Shown piece after piece: positions 36,344 through 50,781 of a DNA stretch of 64,000 nt (positions are counted from its first letter, which is position 1; every line of letters begins with the position of its first letter). Origin of the DNA: the human T2T-CHM13v2.0 reference genome, Homo sapiens; the NCBI RefSeq assembly GCF_009914755.1, contig NC_060941.1. The stretch is one strand, 5' to 3'. The translations under genes and the position numbers were made by a program. Below the pieces are notes generated by a model, which had not been told where the DNA came from, did not search any database, and saw only the letters and a program-made list of their open reading frames with translations.

Positions 36344-36514
36344 CAGTGGTTCTCAACCTTGACTACATGAGAATCACCTGAGGAGTTATTACAAATCCTG
36401 ATGTCCAGGCCACACCCCCACAATTAAGTCAGAGTTTCTGGAGACGGGACTCAGTCGTCACTAGTTTTAAAGTTTCCTGGTGTGATTTTGGGGTATAACC
36501 AATGAGAACCACTG
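36344..36514 (+). mobile_element. MER5A (hAT-Charlie) MITE in GSDMB intron 7
   Basis: TIRs CAGTGGTTCTCA...TGAGAACCACTG with internal AGAATCACCTG motif. Confidence 0.85.
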
Positions 36515-36683
36515 TGTTTAGAGGAGACAGATGCAGCCTCCAGACTAAAGTTGAAACCTGCTAGGCAGTGCCTCCCGACTTCCTACCCACTCAGCTGACC
36601 CCACCTGAGCAGCAGTCTTGAGCCACATGGACTCAGGGTGGGTTGGTGCAGCCACCCTGAACACACTTGGCTATCACCCTTAC

Positions 36684-36710
36684 CTAAACAGGATGAAGCA
36701 CCATCCTTCT
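36684..36710 (-). CDS. GSDMB: GSDMB exon 7 (27-nt cassette, phase 1-1)
   Basis: ctgcag|AGAAGGATGGTGCTTCATCCTGTTTAG|gtaagg; EKDGASSCL. Confidence 0.93.
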   Translation of the reverse strand, partial: RRMVLHPV

Positions 36711-37127
36711 CTGCAGAGAGAGGAAGAGTTATTTCAGAATCTTCAGATCACCTCCAGTCCCCTGCAGACTTCTCTTCCCAGTGATGGAAGTTTTTACTCT
36801 TGCAATCTGAGCCCTCACTGCTGGTGCCAGGGAGCCTGCATCCTCACCAGCGTGTGTCAATGGGAAAGCACTGTATTTGCAGACCCTTCCCACATCCTCA
36901 AAAACAGGCAGTCATAGGACTGTGCCTAGATGATTGAGGAAGAAGCCAAGGCCCAGAAAGGGGGCAGCATACACTCAGTCGCTCCGCAAATTTGGGTCAG
37001 ACTTCTCTATCCCTTTCCAAGCTCTCTTAGGCAGTACAACCCTGCTGGGATCAAGGGGAAAACCTAGAAATTCCAGAGGAAGCCACATAATTCAGAATCA
37101 CAGGGACCTTCTAGTCTCACTCCTTTA

Positions 37128-37480
<353 letters not shown>

Positions 37481-37898
37481 AAGTCAGGAAAACTGTGACT
37501 TGGGAGGCTGTAGAGCTAGTGAGTGGCAGGGTGGGACTAGACCCTGAGACTGCCTGACTCCAGTCCAGGACCCTTTTCACAGCCAGTGCTGTCCTGCTGG
37601 AACTGGCCAAGTCATTTAATTGTGCTTCCTAGGCCAACAAGACTTCAGGGAGGGCTGTAAGCTCAGGATCCAGCTGACTGCCAGCACGAAGTTGTCCTAG
37701 GAGCAGCCTGGAAACCCTAGTCCGATGTGCAATCCAGACTCTTCAACAGGCTAATTTTTCCCCTGCGCTTGCCATGGTTCCCACCTGTGGGTGCGTCTTA
37801 CCACATCCTCGGACCTAACCACTCTGTAATTCCATTTTTAAAAATAGTGTCTTTGCCCATTCTGAAATGACGAACGGGAAGCCCAGCAGCTCACTCAC

Positions 37899-37937
37899 CT
37901 TCTGGAAAGGATTTTGTTTTGCCCCTGAAATGAATAT
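37899..37937 (-). CDS. GSDMB: GSDMB exon 6 (39-nt cassette, phase 1-1; needed for pore formation)
   Basis: ggtttag|ATATTCATTTCAGGGGCAAAACAAAATCCTTTCCAGAAG|gtgagt; NIHFRGKTKSFPE. Confidence 0.95.
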
Positions 37938-38072
37938 CTAAACCAGCACCAAAAAGGGAGGAAAAAACAAGTTATTGGAGAGACCAGTTATCACTCTGTA
38001 AGTTCCCTTTCTCCAGTCCCTCTCAATCCCTATACCAGCCTCCAATCAAAAAAAAAAAAAAAAAAGACAACT

Positions 38073-38441
<369 letters not shown>

Positions 38442-38679
38442 TAATGACTCTTATGTCATGTTCAGGCAAATCCTGGGTCAGCGGGTCCAGGTCCCCAGGT
38501 CAGAGCATGGAGCCTCAGTCCTTCCTAGTGCTGAACCCACCCTTTTCCCTGGACCCCTCCCCAACCTCCAAGCTCACCAGCCACCCACCCTAGGCTGACA
38601 GAGCCTGGTTGAATCCCACCCCCCACCTCACTGGTGTGTTTAGGGCCCCCCATCCTGTTCTCCATCTGCCTTTGCTTAC

Positions 38680-38764
38680 TCATCGTCTCCTTGTTGGGGA
38701 AGACAAGCTGCTTTACTCGATAGCTCAGGACCCGATTTGGGGGGATGGTCACTTCCCTTTGGCC
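38680..38764 (-). CDS. GSDMB: GSDMB exon 5
   Basis: ttctag|GGCCAAAG...ACGATGA|gtaagc; GQREVTIPPNRVLSYRVKQLVFPNKETM. Confidence 0.96.
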
Positions 38765-39477
38765 CTAGAAAAAGGAGCTCACATTGACGGATCCCCAGGT
38801 GTTTCTACATCATTATCTTGCCTGATCTCCCAAACAATCCTGTGAGGCAGTCATTTGTATCCCCATTTTATAGACGAGAAAACTGAGGCTCTCAGAGGTC
38901 AGCAGGTGAGACAGTCTCACAGCTAAAAACAGTGGCAGAGCTGAAATTTGAACCCACGTCTGATGCCAAAACTCATCTTGTTGCCACTGTTCATTCAACA
39001 AATGTTTACTGAGGAGCTGCTTTGTTCTAGGCACCATGGCTCCTGTCCTCCTACCTCCTAGAAAGGAGACAGACAATAAACAAGCAAAAATACACCTGTG
39101 TAATGATGAACCATGGGAAATGTACAAAGAAAATGAAGGCTGGGTGCGTGGCTCACACCTGTAATCCCAGCACTTTGGGAGGCCGAGGTGGGTGGATTGC
39201 TTGAGCCCAGGAGTTTGAGACCAGCCTGGACAACATGCAAGACCTCATCTCTATTTAAAAAAGAAAGAAAGAAAATGCAAATGAAAAGAGGGCACCGCTA
39301 GAGAGTAACAAGGGAAGGACTGGGCAATGCCACCCACCCTTTCTTGGGGCAAGGTGGCCAAGAGCAGCAGGGCTGCTCGGAGAGGAGTGAAGGAAGAGTC
39401 TAAGGCTGGCATCGCCTTGACCTGCGGGGTGTGGGCCAACACTGGCCTCCACAGTCCCTGCCTCCCAGGATCCTAAC

Positions 39478-39646
39478 CTTGTGTTTATAGCTGAGATGGC
39501 CCTGAGAGATCTGGCTCCAAAATTTATATTGCCGGTCGCTTTTCAGGGTTTCCTCCTTTACCGTCTCCAGAGTTTCTGTCACCAGATACAGGTTTTCTCT
39601 CGTATTAATTGATCGGAATGAAAAGGGTAGTTCCCTCTTCAGCTTC
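39478..39646 (-). CDS. GSDMB: GSDMB exon 4
   Basis: ctccag|GAAGCTG...CACAAG|gttagg; KLKRELPFSFRSINTRENLYLVTETLETVKEETLKSDRQYKFWSQISQGHLSYKHK. Confidence 0.96.
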
Positions 39647-39935
39647 CTGGAGAGAGTGGAGAGAGATGAGAGTTAAGGATCTCAGGGCCTTACCTCCCAC
39701 TGACTCTTTTCCCTCTCTGTGAGCCAGCTCCTATTGAAGATTAATCGCTTCTGAGACTGGAAAACCAAGGAACACAGCACCCCATCGCAGTTCACTTTAC
39801 CCACCTCGGGGTGGAGGTAGGGGTGGGGTACAAAGTAGGGTGAGAGGCCAGGTACGGTGGCTATCGCCTGTAATCCCAGCATTTTGGGAGGCTGAGGTGA
39901 GTGGATCACCAGGCACACATCTGTAATCCCAGCTA

Positions 39936-40080
<145 letters not shown>

Positions 40081-40804
40081 TCACCAGCATTTATGGAAGA
40101 TTACAATGTGCCAGCTGTGAGCCACGCTTTTCCACTTAACCTTCACAATCCTATGATGGTAGGCAGAATTACGTCCACTTTCCATGTAAAGATACTGAGG
40201 CTTAGTGACAGGTTGTGAGTGGTCCAAGGTCACACAGCTAGTAAGTGTAGAGCTGGGATTCAAACCCTGGTCAGTGTAAGTCCAAAGAGAGTGCCCTTCC
40301 CGTGACACTGAGATAGGCATCTGTGAAGCCCAAGACACCCTCTTCTCTGACAAGGGGCTCCAGCTCCTTGCGCTGGTCCCTGGAGCCAGCTGCATCATCT
40401 GCCCTTAGGCTCATGAAGCATCAGATTCCATTCCCGCTGGGGGAAACTCATGTTGAGACCTAAAACAGTCTGATGGAGTTTCTATTTGCAATCAAAAGGC
40501 CCTCAAGACATGGGTCCCTGCCTCCGATGACTTTCCCCTACCTATCCAGTGCCCCACCCCACATACAGATACCAATACCCTCACCTGACAAACAAGCATT
40601 CTATAATAGAAAACACCGAGCTCTCTTAGAACAATTCTGAAGGCCTCTCCCCAGCAATACTGTGGTAGGGAGGGGTAATTCAAAGGACCAGTAAAATTTT
40701 ATTGTAAGCCTTTGTTTTTAATTTATTAATAAAAAAGGGTGGCATGGGCATGGTGGCTCACACCTGTAATCCCAGCACTTTGGGAGGCCAAGGCAGGTGG
40801 ATCA

Positions 40805-41122
<318 letters not shown>

Positions 41123-42047
41123 TCACCTTCCCCTGAGCTACTCCTCAATCTCCAACAATCCCAGCTGAAGAAAACAACAACAGAACTATTGCTGAGGGGA
41201 TGGCTAGTGATGTCCTCTTGAATTGGAAGCACCTGCCCACCAGCTACCAGAACCTCTGTGGCACTGGATCGGTGCCACCCTGCTGGGGTGGGGTGGCTGT
41301 ACTCCATGCAGGAAACATCCTCCAAGGGGTTCTTTGCTTTCCTCGTGCTTCACTTCAGCTCTCTTTCACTCAGTACCTACTGTGTGCTTGGGGTCAATAC
41401 AGAGAGGTTAGTAAAGTCAGTCCCTTGTCACAAGTTGCTTCCAGTCCAGTGGGAAAGACGAACATGGAAGCCACTGGCTTGCCCACAAGGCAGAGGGAAA
41501 CAAGCACAAAACACTGATGTGGGCAGCTCAGTGCAGGAGAGCAGAGGAGAGCAAAGGAGAGTGCCTCTTAAACCACCAGGTTTGGAGGTGGAGGTTGCAG
41601 TGAGCCGAGATCATGCCATTGCACTCTAGCCTGGCCGACAGAGCGAGACTCCGTCTCAAAAAAAAACAAAACAAAAACCAAACAAAAAAAAAACAACCAG
41701 GTTTGTCCAAGTCAGAGGAATTAACCATCCTGGGGGACAGCAGGGATATGAGTGAATTGGGGGCATCAGAAGGCTTCCTGGAGACTGCTCCTGGGTGAAT
41801 GAGAAGGCTTCTGGAGGCAGAGAAGAGGAAGGCGTGCTTGCATAAAGGGGCGGGCTGAGGGAATCCTGGAAGTAGAGAGCGAGAGGCTGCCCTAGAGAGC
41901 CAGTCCCCCACAAAGCTCATGAAAAGCAGGGAAAAGAAAAATAAAAATAAATAAATTTTAAAAAGAGCCGGTCTGCCACCCTCGAATCCCTTGGTGCCCA
42001 AGATGGGCTTCTTCCCCTCCTTCCCTGCTGCCCAACTCCAACCTCAC

Positions 42048-42219
42048 CTGTTTTCAAGGGTAGCCAGATACTGCTGGGATATCCGGTTCTCCGATATCTT
42101 GATTTTCTGATGGTGGAAGCCCTGGAAACTGCCTGAAATTGTTATTTCTTTGGGTAATCTCACTATCAACTCTCCCGTTGAGTCTACATTATCCAGAATT
42201 TGAAACTCAGCCTTTTGAC
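42048..42219 (-). CDS. GSDMB: GSDMB exon 3
   Basis: ttccag|GTCAAAAG...AACAG|gtgagg; GQKAEFQILDNVDSTGELIVRLPKEITISGSFQGFHHQKIKISENRISQQYLATLENR. Confidence 0.97.
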
Positions 42220-42544
42220 CTGGAAAGAGAATGATAAAGGTCACTCTGGAGCAGACCCCCAAAAGATCTCTCTCCAAAACACCCTCCCTGGGGCAGCCCC
42301 ATCCTGGGTTCCGTGCCACCATCCCCCTCCCTTCTGAGGGAGCGCCACAGCTGTGGCTGTCCAGGAAATGCTGTTCTCACCAGAAGCACAGTTACCTTGG
42401 GGTCACAGGATCCCAGATTTGAGCCCACTCCTCCACCTTCTTACCACATGACCTTGGGTAAGTCACTTAACCTCTTTGAATCTGTTTCTTCATCTATAGT
42501 AGGAGAATATTACTAATGTCTACTTCCTATATTTAGGGAAATTA

Positions 42545-42948
<404 letters not shown>

Positions 42949-43175
42949 TTAATAATTGTAAGCCAGTCTTGTAGGCTGAAACAAGACAAAGAAAAGTAAA
43001 GCTAAAGAAGTAGGAGCCCCAGCCAATTGGGAAATAAAAATTAAGCAGTTCTGGGTGGGCACGGTGGGGTGGCTCACGCCTGTAATCCCAGCACTTTGGG
43101 AGGCTGAGGTGGGTAGATCACTTGAGGTCAGGAGTTGGAGACCAACCTGGCCAACATGGTGAAACCCCATCTCTA

Positions 43176-43403
<228 letters not shown>

Positions 43404-43799
43404 TCACAAACATGCATGGACTCGGCCCTGATTGATCAGGCACTAATAAGGGCCTTGGTTCTGAGTCAGTTGCCACCCCAGGTTCGTGGAGGATGTGTGG
43501 GCATGCCGAAGGGGCTGCGTGCCTTTGTCTCCAATCTCCCAGATGGGAACCTACAGGGGAGGGAGAGCTCCCACTGCTAGGTTTTGGAGGCAGGGCTGGA
43601 TTTCCAAAGACAAATCCATTTTGGAACTGGTGGAAATGTGACAGAATTAGAAACAGTGACTGAAATCACTATTTGTGTGTACATGAGACACTAATGTCTT
43701 AGGGACCATTTGCTTCTTGAGCAGTGTAAAAGAAAAGAAAAATATCAGAGAGAAAAAGAAAAATAAAAACTATGTGCACAAAGAGTACTATATGAAGAA

Positions 43800-44530
<731 letters not shown>

Positions 44531-45970
44531 AAACACAAAATCCTATGCACACTTTTTTTTTTTTGTTTTTTTTTGAGACGGAGTCTTGCTTTGTCGCCAG
44601 GCTGGAGTGCAGTGGTATAATCATGGCTCACTGTGCAACCTCCACCTCCCAGGTTCAAGCAATTCTCCTGCCTCAGCCTCCCGAGTAGCTGGGATTACAG
44701 GCATGCGACACCACGCCCAGCTAATTTTTGTATTTTTAGTAAAGACAGGGTTTTGCCATGTTGGCCAGGCTGGTCTCGAACTCCTGGCCTCAAGTGATCC
44801 GCCCGCCTCAGCCTCCCAAAGTGCTGGGATTACAGGCATGCGCCATCATGCCCAGCTAATTTTTGTATTTTTAGTAGAGACAGGGTTTCGCCATGTTGGC
44901 CAGGCCAGACTTGAACTCCTGACCTCAAGTGATCCACCCGCCTCAGTCTCCCAAAGTGCTGGGATTACAGGCGCGAGCCACTGTGCCCAGCCCTATGCAC
45001 ACTTTAACTGCACCATCAGCATTATACAGTTACAAAATAACCCATTTAAATAGGGAGCAGACCAAGCTAAAAATCAATTCAAATTACCAATTCCCATCAT
45101 TGTAAGGATTTTCTTTTTAAGTTTGGTTTCACCTCTGCCTCCGAATTTTGTATGCACACAGATGAGCTTTTCCTTAAAGGAAGTTGACTGACTTAGTCAA
45201 TTTTTTTTTCCCAGACTTAAACTTTGCCCTGTCCCTGGGGAGTAATATTATTGTGGCAAAACATCCTAGTTCTGGGTTAAAGTATTTTTCCATTTTCAGT
45301 GAATTGATCATTTGGCAAACTGATTTTTTTTTTTTTTGAGAGCTGACTTTTAGCAAATTGGCTCTTAGCAATTTACTTTTCAGAGAATTGACTCAGTCTT
45401 TGAAAGATGCGAATCTGAAATTTCTCCAAAAGCCCCTTGCTTGCTTAACGAAACTCTGCTTGTGGAAAGGTCCACCACCTCCAAGTAATCTGGGTACTGC
45501 TCTTGGTCACTTAAAGCAGTTCCTGGCACACTGTAATACTCTAAAGCTGCTCAGGGCTGTTAGAGCTCTTTTCCGTCTCTTGGCATGAGACCTCATAAAA
45601 AGAAATGGACTGTATCAGAGAGGTCTGAGCTATGAGCTCCTTGCTATTGTTCATATTATGAAATATTTTTTCACATTATGAAATATAATGAACTCCTCAC
45701 CATATTCCAGTGTGGGCTCCAAGTGAGAGTTCAACACTTAACCCTGGGGCTTCTGAAACCCAAGTACCCCAGGAATAACTGAGATCAGAGGCAGGGGGTT
45801 GGAATAATTGACTCTTCCATAAATTCCCTCAATACCTTAGGGATTTCTGCTCATCAGAAACTTCCCTTTCAGTCTTGATAGCCAAGGAACATGAAAGGAT
45901 AATAAGAATCACCACCGACCTGGGAGATAACTTTTATTGGGTGCTCCTTTTGTGGCAGGCACTGTGATAA

Positions 45971-46216
<246 letters not shown>

Positions 46217-46802
46217 TAGCCAGGATGGTCTCGATCTCCTGACCTCGTGATCCGCCCACCTCGGCCTCCCAAAGTGCTGGGATTACAGGAGTGAGCCACC
46301 GCACCCATCCCTCACTTGATTCTTACAACAGTCCTCTAGAGTTGACACAGGAGGAAACTGAAACTTAGAGCAATAAAACAACTTGTCCAAAGGTTACGCA
46401 GCTGATAAGAGGCAGAGCCAGGCTTTGAAACCAGGTGCTTCCAGCCCTAAAGCCTGCATCCTTTCTTAACCAGTAAGCAAACTGCCCTCATTTACTTATT
46501 CATTTAAATGATAAACACATGAGAAGAGCTCGCTAAATTAAAAGCAGATTATTTTACAAGGGAAAAAATGGAAAAGGAAGACCATTTAGGAACGGTTTCC
46601 AGTGGAAATAAATCTCCACTTCTCCCACTCTCCTCCCACCATGCAGCTCTTCCGTGCATTTCTTAAATTAAGGTGTGTGGATGTGTACAAATCCCACAGT
46701 TTCGTTGTTGATTGGTTGATAACAATGGGGAATTGAGAAGGAGATGGAGTACAAACGGTCAAGGCCTCCTGGCTGGCCACCTGTCATCTACCTTATACTG
46801 AC

Positions 46803-47037
46803 CTTGGAGCCCAGAATCCAGTTCATCTAACCACTTGTCCCCATCTGTGTCCAGAATGTCCATCAGGGTGAGGCCTGTTGTGTAGTGCCGGCATCCAAAG
46901 AAAGTTCTCTTCTCCCCCACCAGATGGAAGCAGCGGAATCTATCAGCATCAACAAGGCTTCTAACGGCAATCATATCCCCTCCAGCATCCATCTCCTTAA
47001 CTACAATTCTTGTGATTTCCTCAAATACGCTGAACAT
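46803..47037 (-). CDS. GSDMB: GSDMB exon 2 coding part (ATG at 47037; exon acceptor at 47051)
   Basis: MFSVFEEITRIVVKEMDAGGDMIAVRSLVDADRFRCFHLVGEKRTFFGCRHYTTGLTLMDILDTDGDKWLDELDSGLQ; donor CAAG|gtcagt; ten exons total 1251 nt = 416 aa gasdermin B. Confidence 0.98.
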
Positions 47038-47134
47038 TGCGCCTGGACCAACTCAGAAACAGAAGCCAATTTCAGTTTTTGGGAGGAGGGTATTGGTTCA
47101 AGTATTTAAATCTTCCACATTTGGCAGCCTGAGG

Positions 47135-47541
47135 TGTCAGGCCTCTGAACCCAAGCTAAGCCATCATATTCCCTGTGACCTGCATGTATACATCCAGATG
47201 GCCTGAAGCAACTGAAGATCCACAAAAGAAATGAAAATAGCCTTAACTGATGACATTCCACCATTGTGATTTGTTCCTGCCCCACCCTGATACAATATAG
47301 TCTCCCCCCCGCCCTTAAGAAGGTACTTTGTAATATTCTCCCCTGCCCTTAAGAAGGTACTTTGTAATATTTCTCCACCCTTGAGAATGTACTTTGTAAG
47401 CCTATCCCAAACATATAAGAACTAATGATAATCCCACCACCCTTTGCTGACCCCTTTTTTGGACTCAGCTTGCCTGCACCCAGCCTTGTTGCTCACATAA
47501 AGCCCGTTTCATGGACTCTCTTCACATGGACGCACGTGACA
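47135..47541 (+). mobile_element. Solo HERV-H LTR (LTR7 family), antisense to GSDMB; known alternative GSDMB promoter region
   Basis: TGTCAGGCCTCTGAACCCAAGCTAAGCCATCAT...GACGCACGTGACA with TG..CA termini, 5-bp TSD TGAGG (47130-34, 47542-46), internal CCCTTAAGAAGGTACTTTGTAAT repeats. Confidence 0.95.
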
Positions 47542-48251
47542 TGAGGTCAAGGAAGAGCCAAAGGTTCCAGGACAATCAGTACCTGGAATGATTTGCCTGC
47601 CTTACTTCTAGAACGTGAGGCAGCCATGACTCAGTAAAGAGGGCTAAACATCACAGATCCCAGATTCTCCTCTGCCCCTCATGGTACCCATCTGGAGGAA
47701 AAAAGTAGCAGCTATTGCCCCAAATAGAGAAAGTGAGACCCATTTTCTACATCTCCCACAGCAGAGTTGCCCCCTTGTTCCAAGGGGCCCAAGGGATGGA
47801 AAGGCAGGCCCACCATGCCCCAGCCAGACTAGCCCCAACGTTGATGAACAGAGGAACCAGGGAGGAATGACGGGCACGGTTGCCAGACTTCACATTACTA
47901 ACCTCAACTGGTCGTTTCTTCCCTTGGCTCTGATTCTTGGGCTCCCTGCCTTGCTGTATTCTGCAAGGCAATTGGATGGGTGTCTCCCTACCAACAATTT
48001 CCCAATGAGGTGGTGGTAAATTGGCCTCAGAAGAAACAAAAGCTTCCTGGGATCCACTTCCCCATCCTACCTTTGGCCACCTTCCCCTATATCCCTTCTG
48101 CCCAGCACAGGCACTTATCCACTCACTGCTTCCTCCTCTGTCTCTGGCCCCATCATGGTGGTTGACTCTCAGTTCACTACCAACCTGGGAATTCTAGGTG
48201 TCTGGAAAGACAGTACCCGGGAACCACAGGCCCATCTCAAGTGGTACCCAC

Positions 48252-48350
48252 CTCCTCTCTGACCTCAGCTGTTCACCAGAAATGGAAGTTGTGAGAATCC
48301 CCACAGATCTCTGCACAGTTCCTGGCCTCTGAATCTCAGGAAGCTAAAAT
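48252..48350 (-). other. GSDMB: GSDMB non-coding exon 1 (5' end approximate)
   Basis: donor AGAGAGGAG|gtgggt; joining to exon 2 gives GAGAGGAG-TTGGTCCAGGCGCA-ATG, matching the GSDMB 5'UTR as I recall it. Confidence 0.75.
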
Positions 48351-48353
48351 AAT

Positions 48354-48365
48354 GAAACTGAAAGT
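48354..48365. promoter_or_regulatory. ISRE/IRF element at the GSDMB core promoter
   Basis: GAAACTGAAAGT = GAAANNGAAA consensus. Confidence 0.7.
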
Positions 48366-48446
48366 TGTCCAGGTGTGGAACTTCCTGGACGGGTGGGTAG
48401 GGCTGGGTGCCCCACCTCCCAAGCCTTTAGATAAGCCACCTTATAA

Positions 48447-49671
<1,225 letters not shown>

Positions 49672-50775
49672 CTACCATATATTGAGTATTTACTATATGC
49701 CAGGCACTGTGCTAATGCTCACAACAGCCCTAAGAGGCATTATCTTTACACAACAGTGGAATAAACTGAAGCTCAGAGAAGTTGACACAGCAACATGGCT
49801 AATAAGTGGCAAAGCTGGGATTTGAACCCAGATCGTTGTTGATGTTCTCCAGCACCTCACCCTGACTATACTCTTGCAGGCTGGTGAAAGCAACCAGGGC
49901 ACCCCTACTCCCAGGAGTGAAAGCAGTGGCTATATTTCTCTTTCCAATACTGTGTGGGCTCTACTCGGACAGGGGTGGTGGCTGGACTTGGGCAAATATC
50001 CCACACTCCCTGACACTCACTCCAAGGGTGCTGTGATGGTGGACCGGGGCTAGAGACCCCAGGCTGCTGGGGACAGCTCCTCCCTTCTACCTGGGACTTT
50101 GTGCCTCTCCTGGGAATAGCAGCTGATACTCCCCAGAACACGCTGGAAGGTCAGTGCCCTCGTGAGATAAGGATTCCTTGCTATAGGACTCCTCTCTCTC
50201 CTAGCCATGTTGGCCTCAGAAAGTCCCCAGAACCTCTTCCCCTGCCACTCAGGCTTATGGTGGGAGGAGGAAGTATGAAAAGTCCCCTCCACTGAAAGGC
50301 CAGAAGGAAACGCAGCGCTCCCAAGGGAGAGGTGACTGGGGAAAGGCCTTGGGGAGAGAAGTGAGAAACTGGAGAAGGGCTGGGGATTCACTGGGAAGGA
50401 CTGAGCACCACTTGGGACCCTGGCTCCACGTGTAAACCATTGCTGGAGTGTCCCCCTCCTTGGCCATGGCACAGGTCACCCCAGCCTCTGGGGCCAAGGC
50501 GCAAGACCTGTCGGAGAACAGCCAGGCAAAAGCACAGAGAATTTTGCTCTCTGACTACCGCTGCCGCCGCCAGTTCCCTCACAGCCCCCTTGGGGGATTT
50601 CCCTGCTGAAGCCAGCAGAAAGCCCAGCAGTCCCAGCGCCCCTCCTGCCACCGTCAGAGCTGCACTGATGCCCCACCAGCACCTCAGCGGGAGCCGCTGC
50701 CCACACCCCTGCCCCCTCCCCTCAGCCTTCCAGGAAGCGAAGGCCAGACACAGGGAAACAGAAACATGTTGCCCT

Positions 50776-50781
50776 TTTATT
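50776..50781 (-). terminator. ORMDL3: ORMDL3 polyA signal AATAAA
   Basis: TTTATT on + strand ~1.5 kb past the stop, followed on - strand by GT-rich TGTTTCTGTTTCCCTGTGTCT. Confidence 0.85.

Noticed and set aside
47290-47400. ~32-bp repeats resembling a CRISPR array or novel minisatellite
   Set aside because: Standard HERV-H U3 tandem repeats without unique spacers, in eukaryotic DNA
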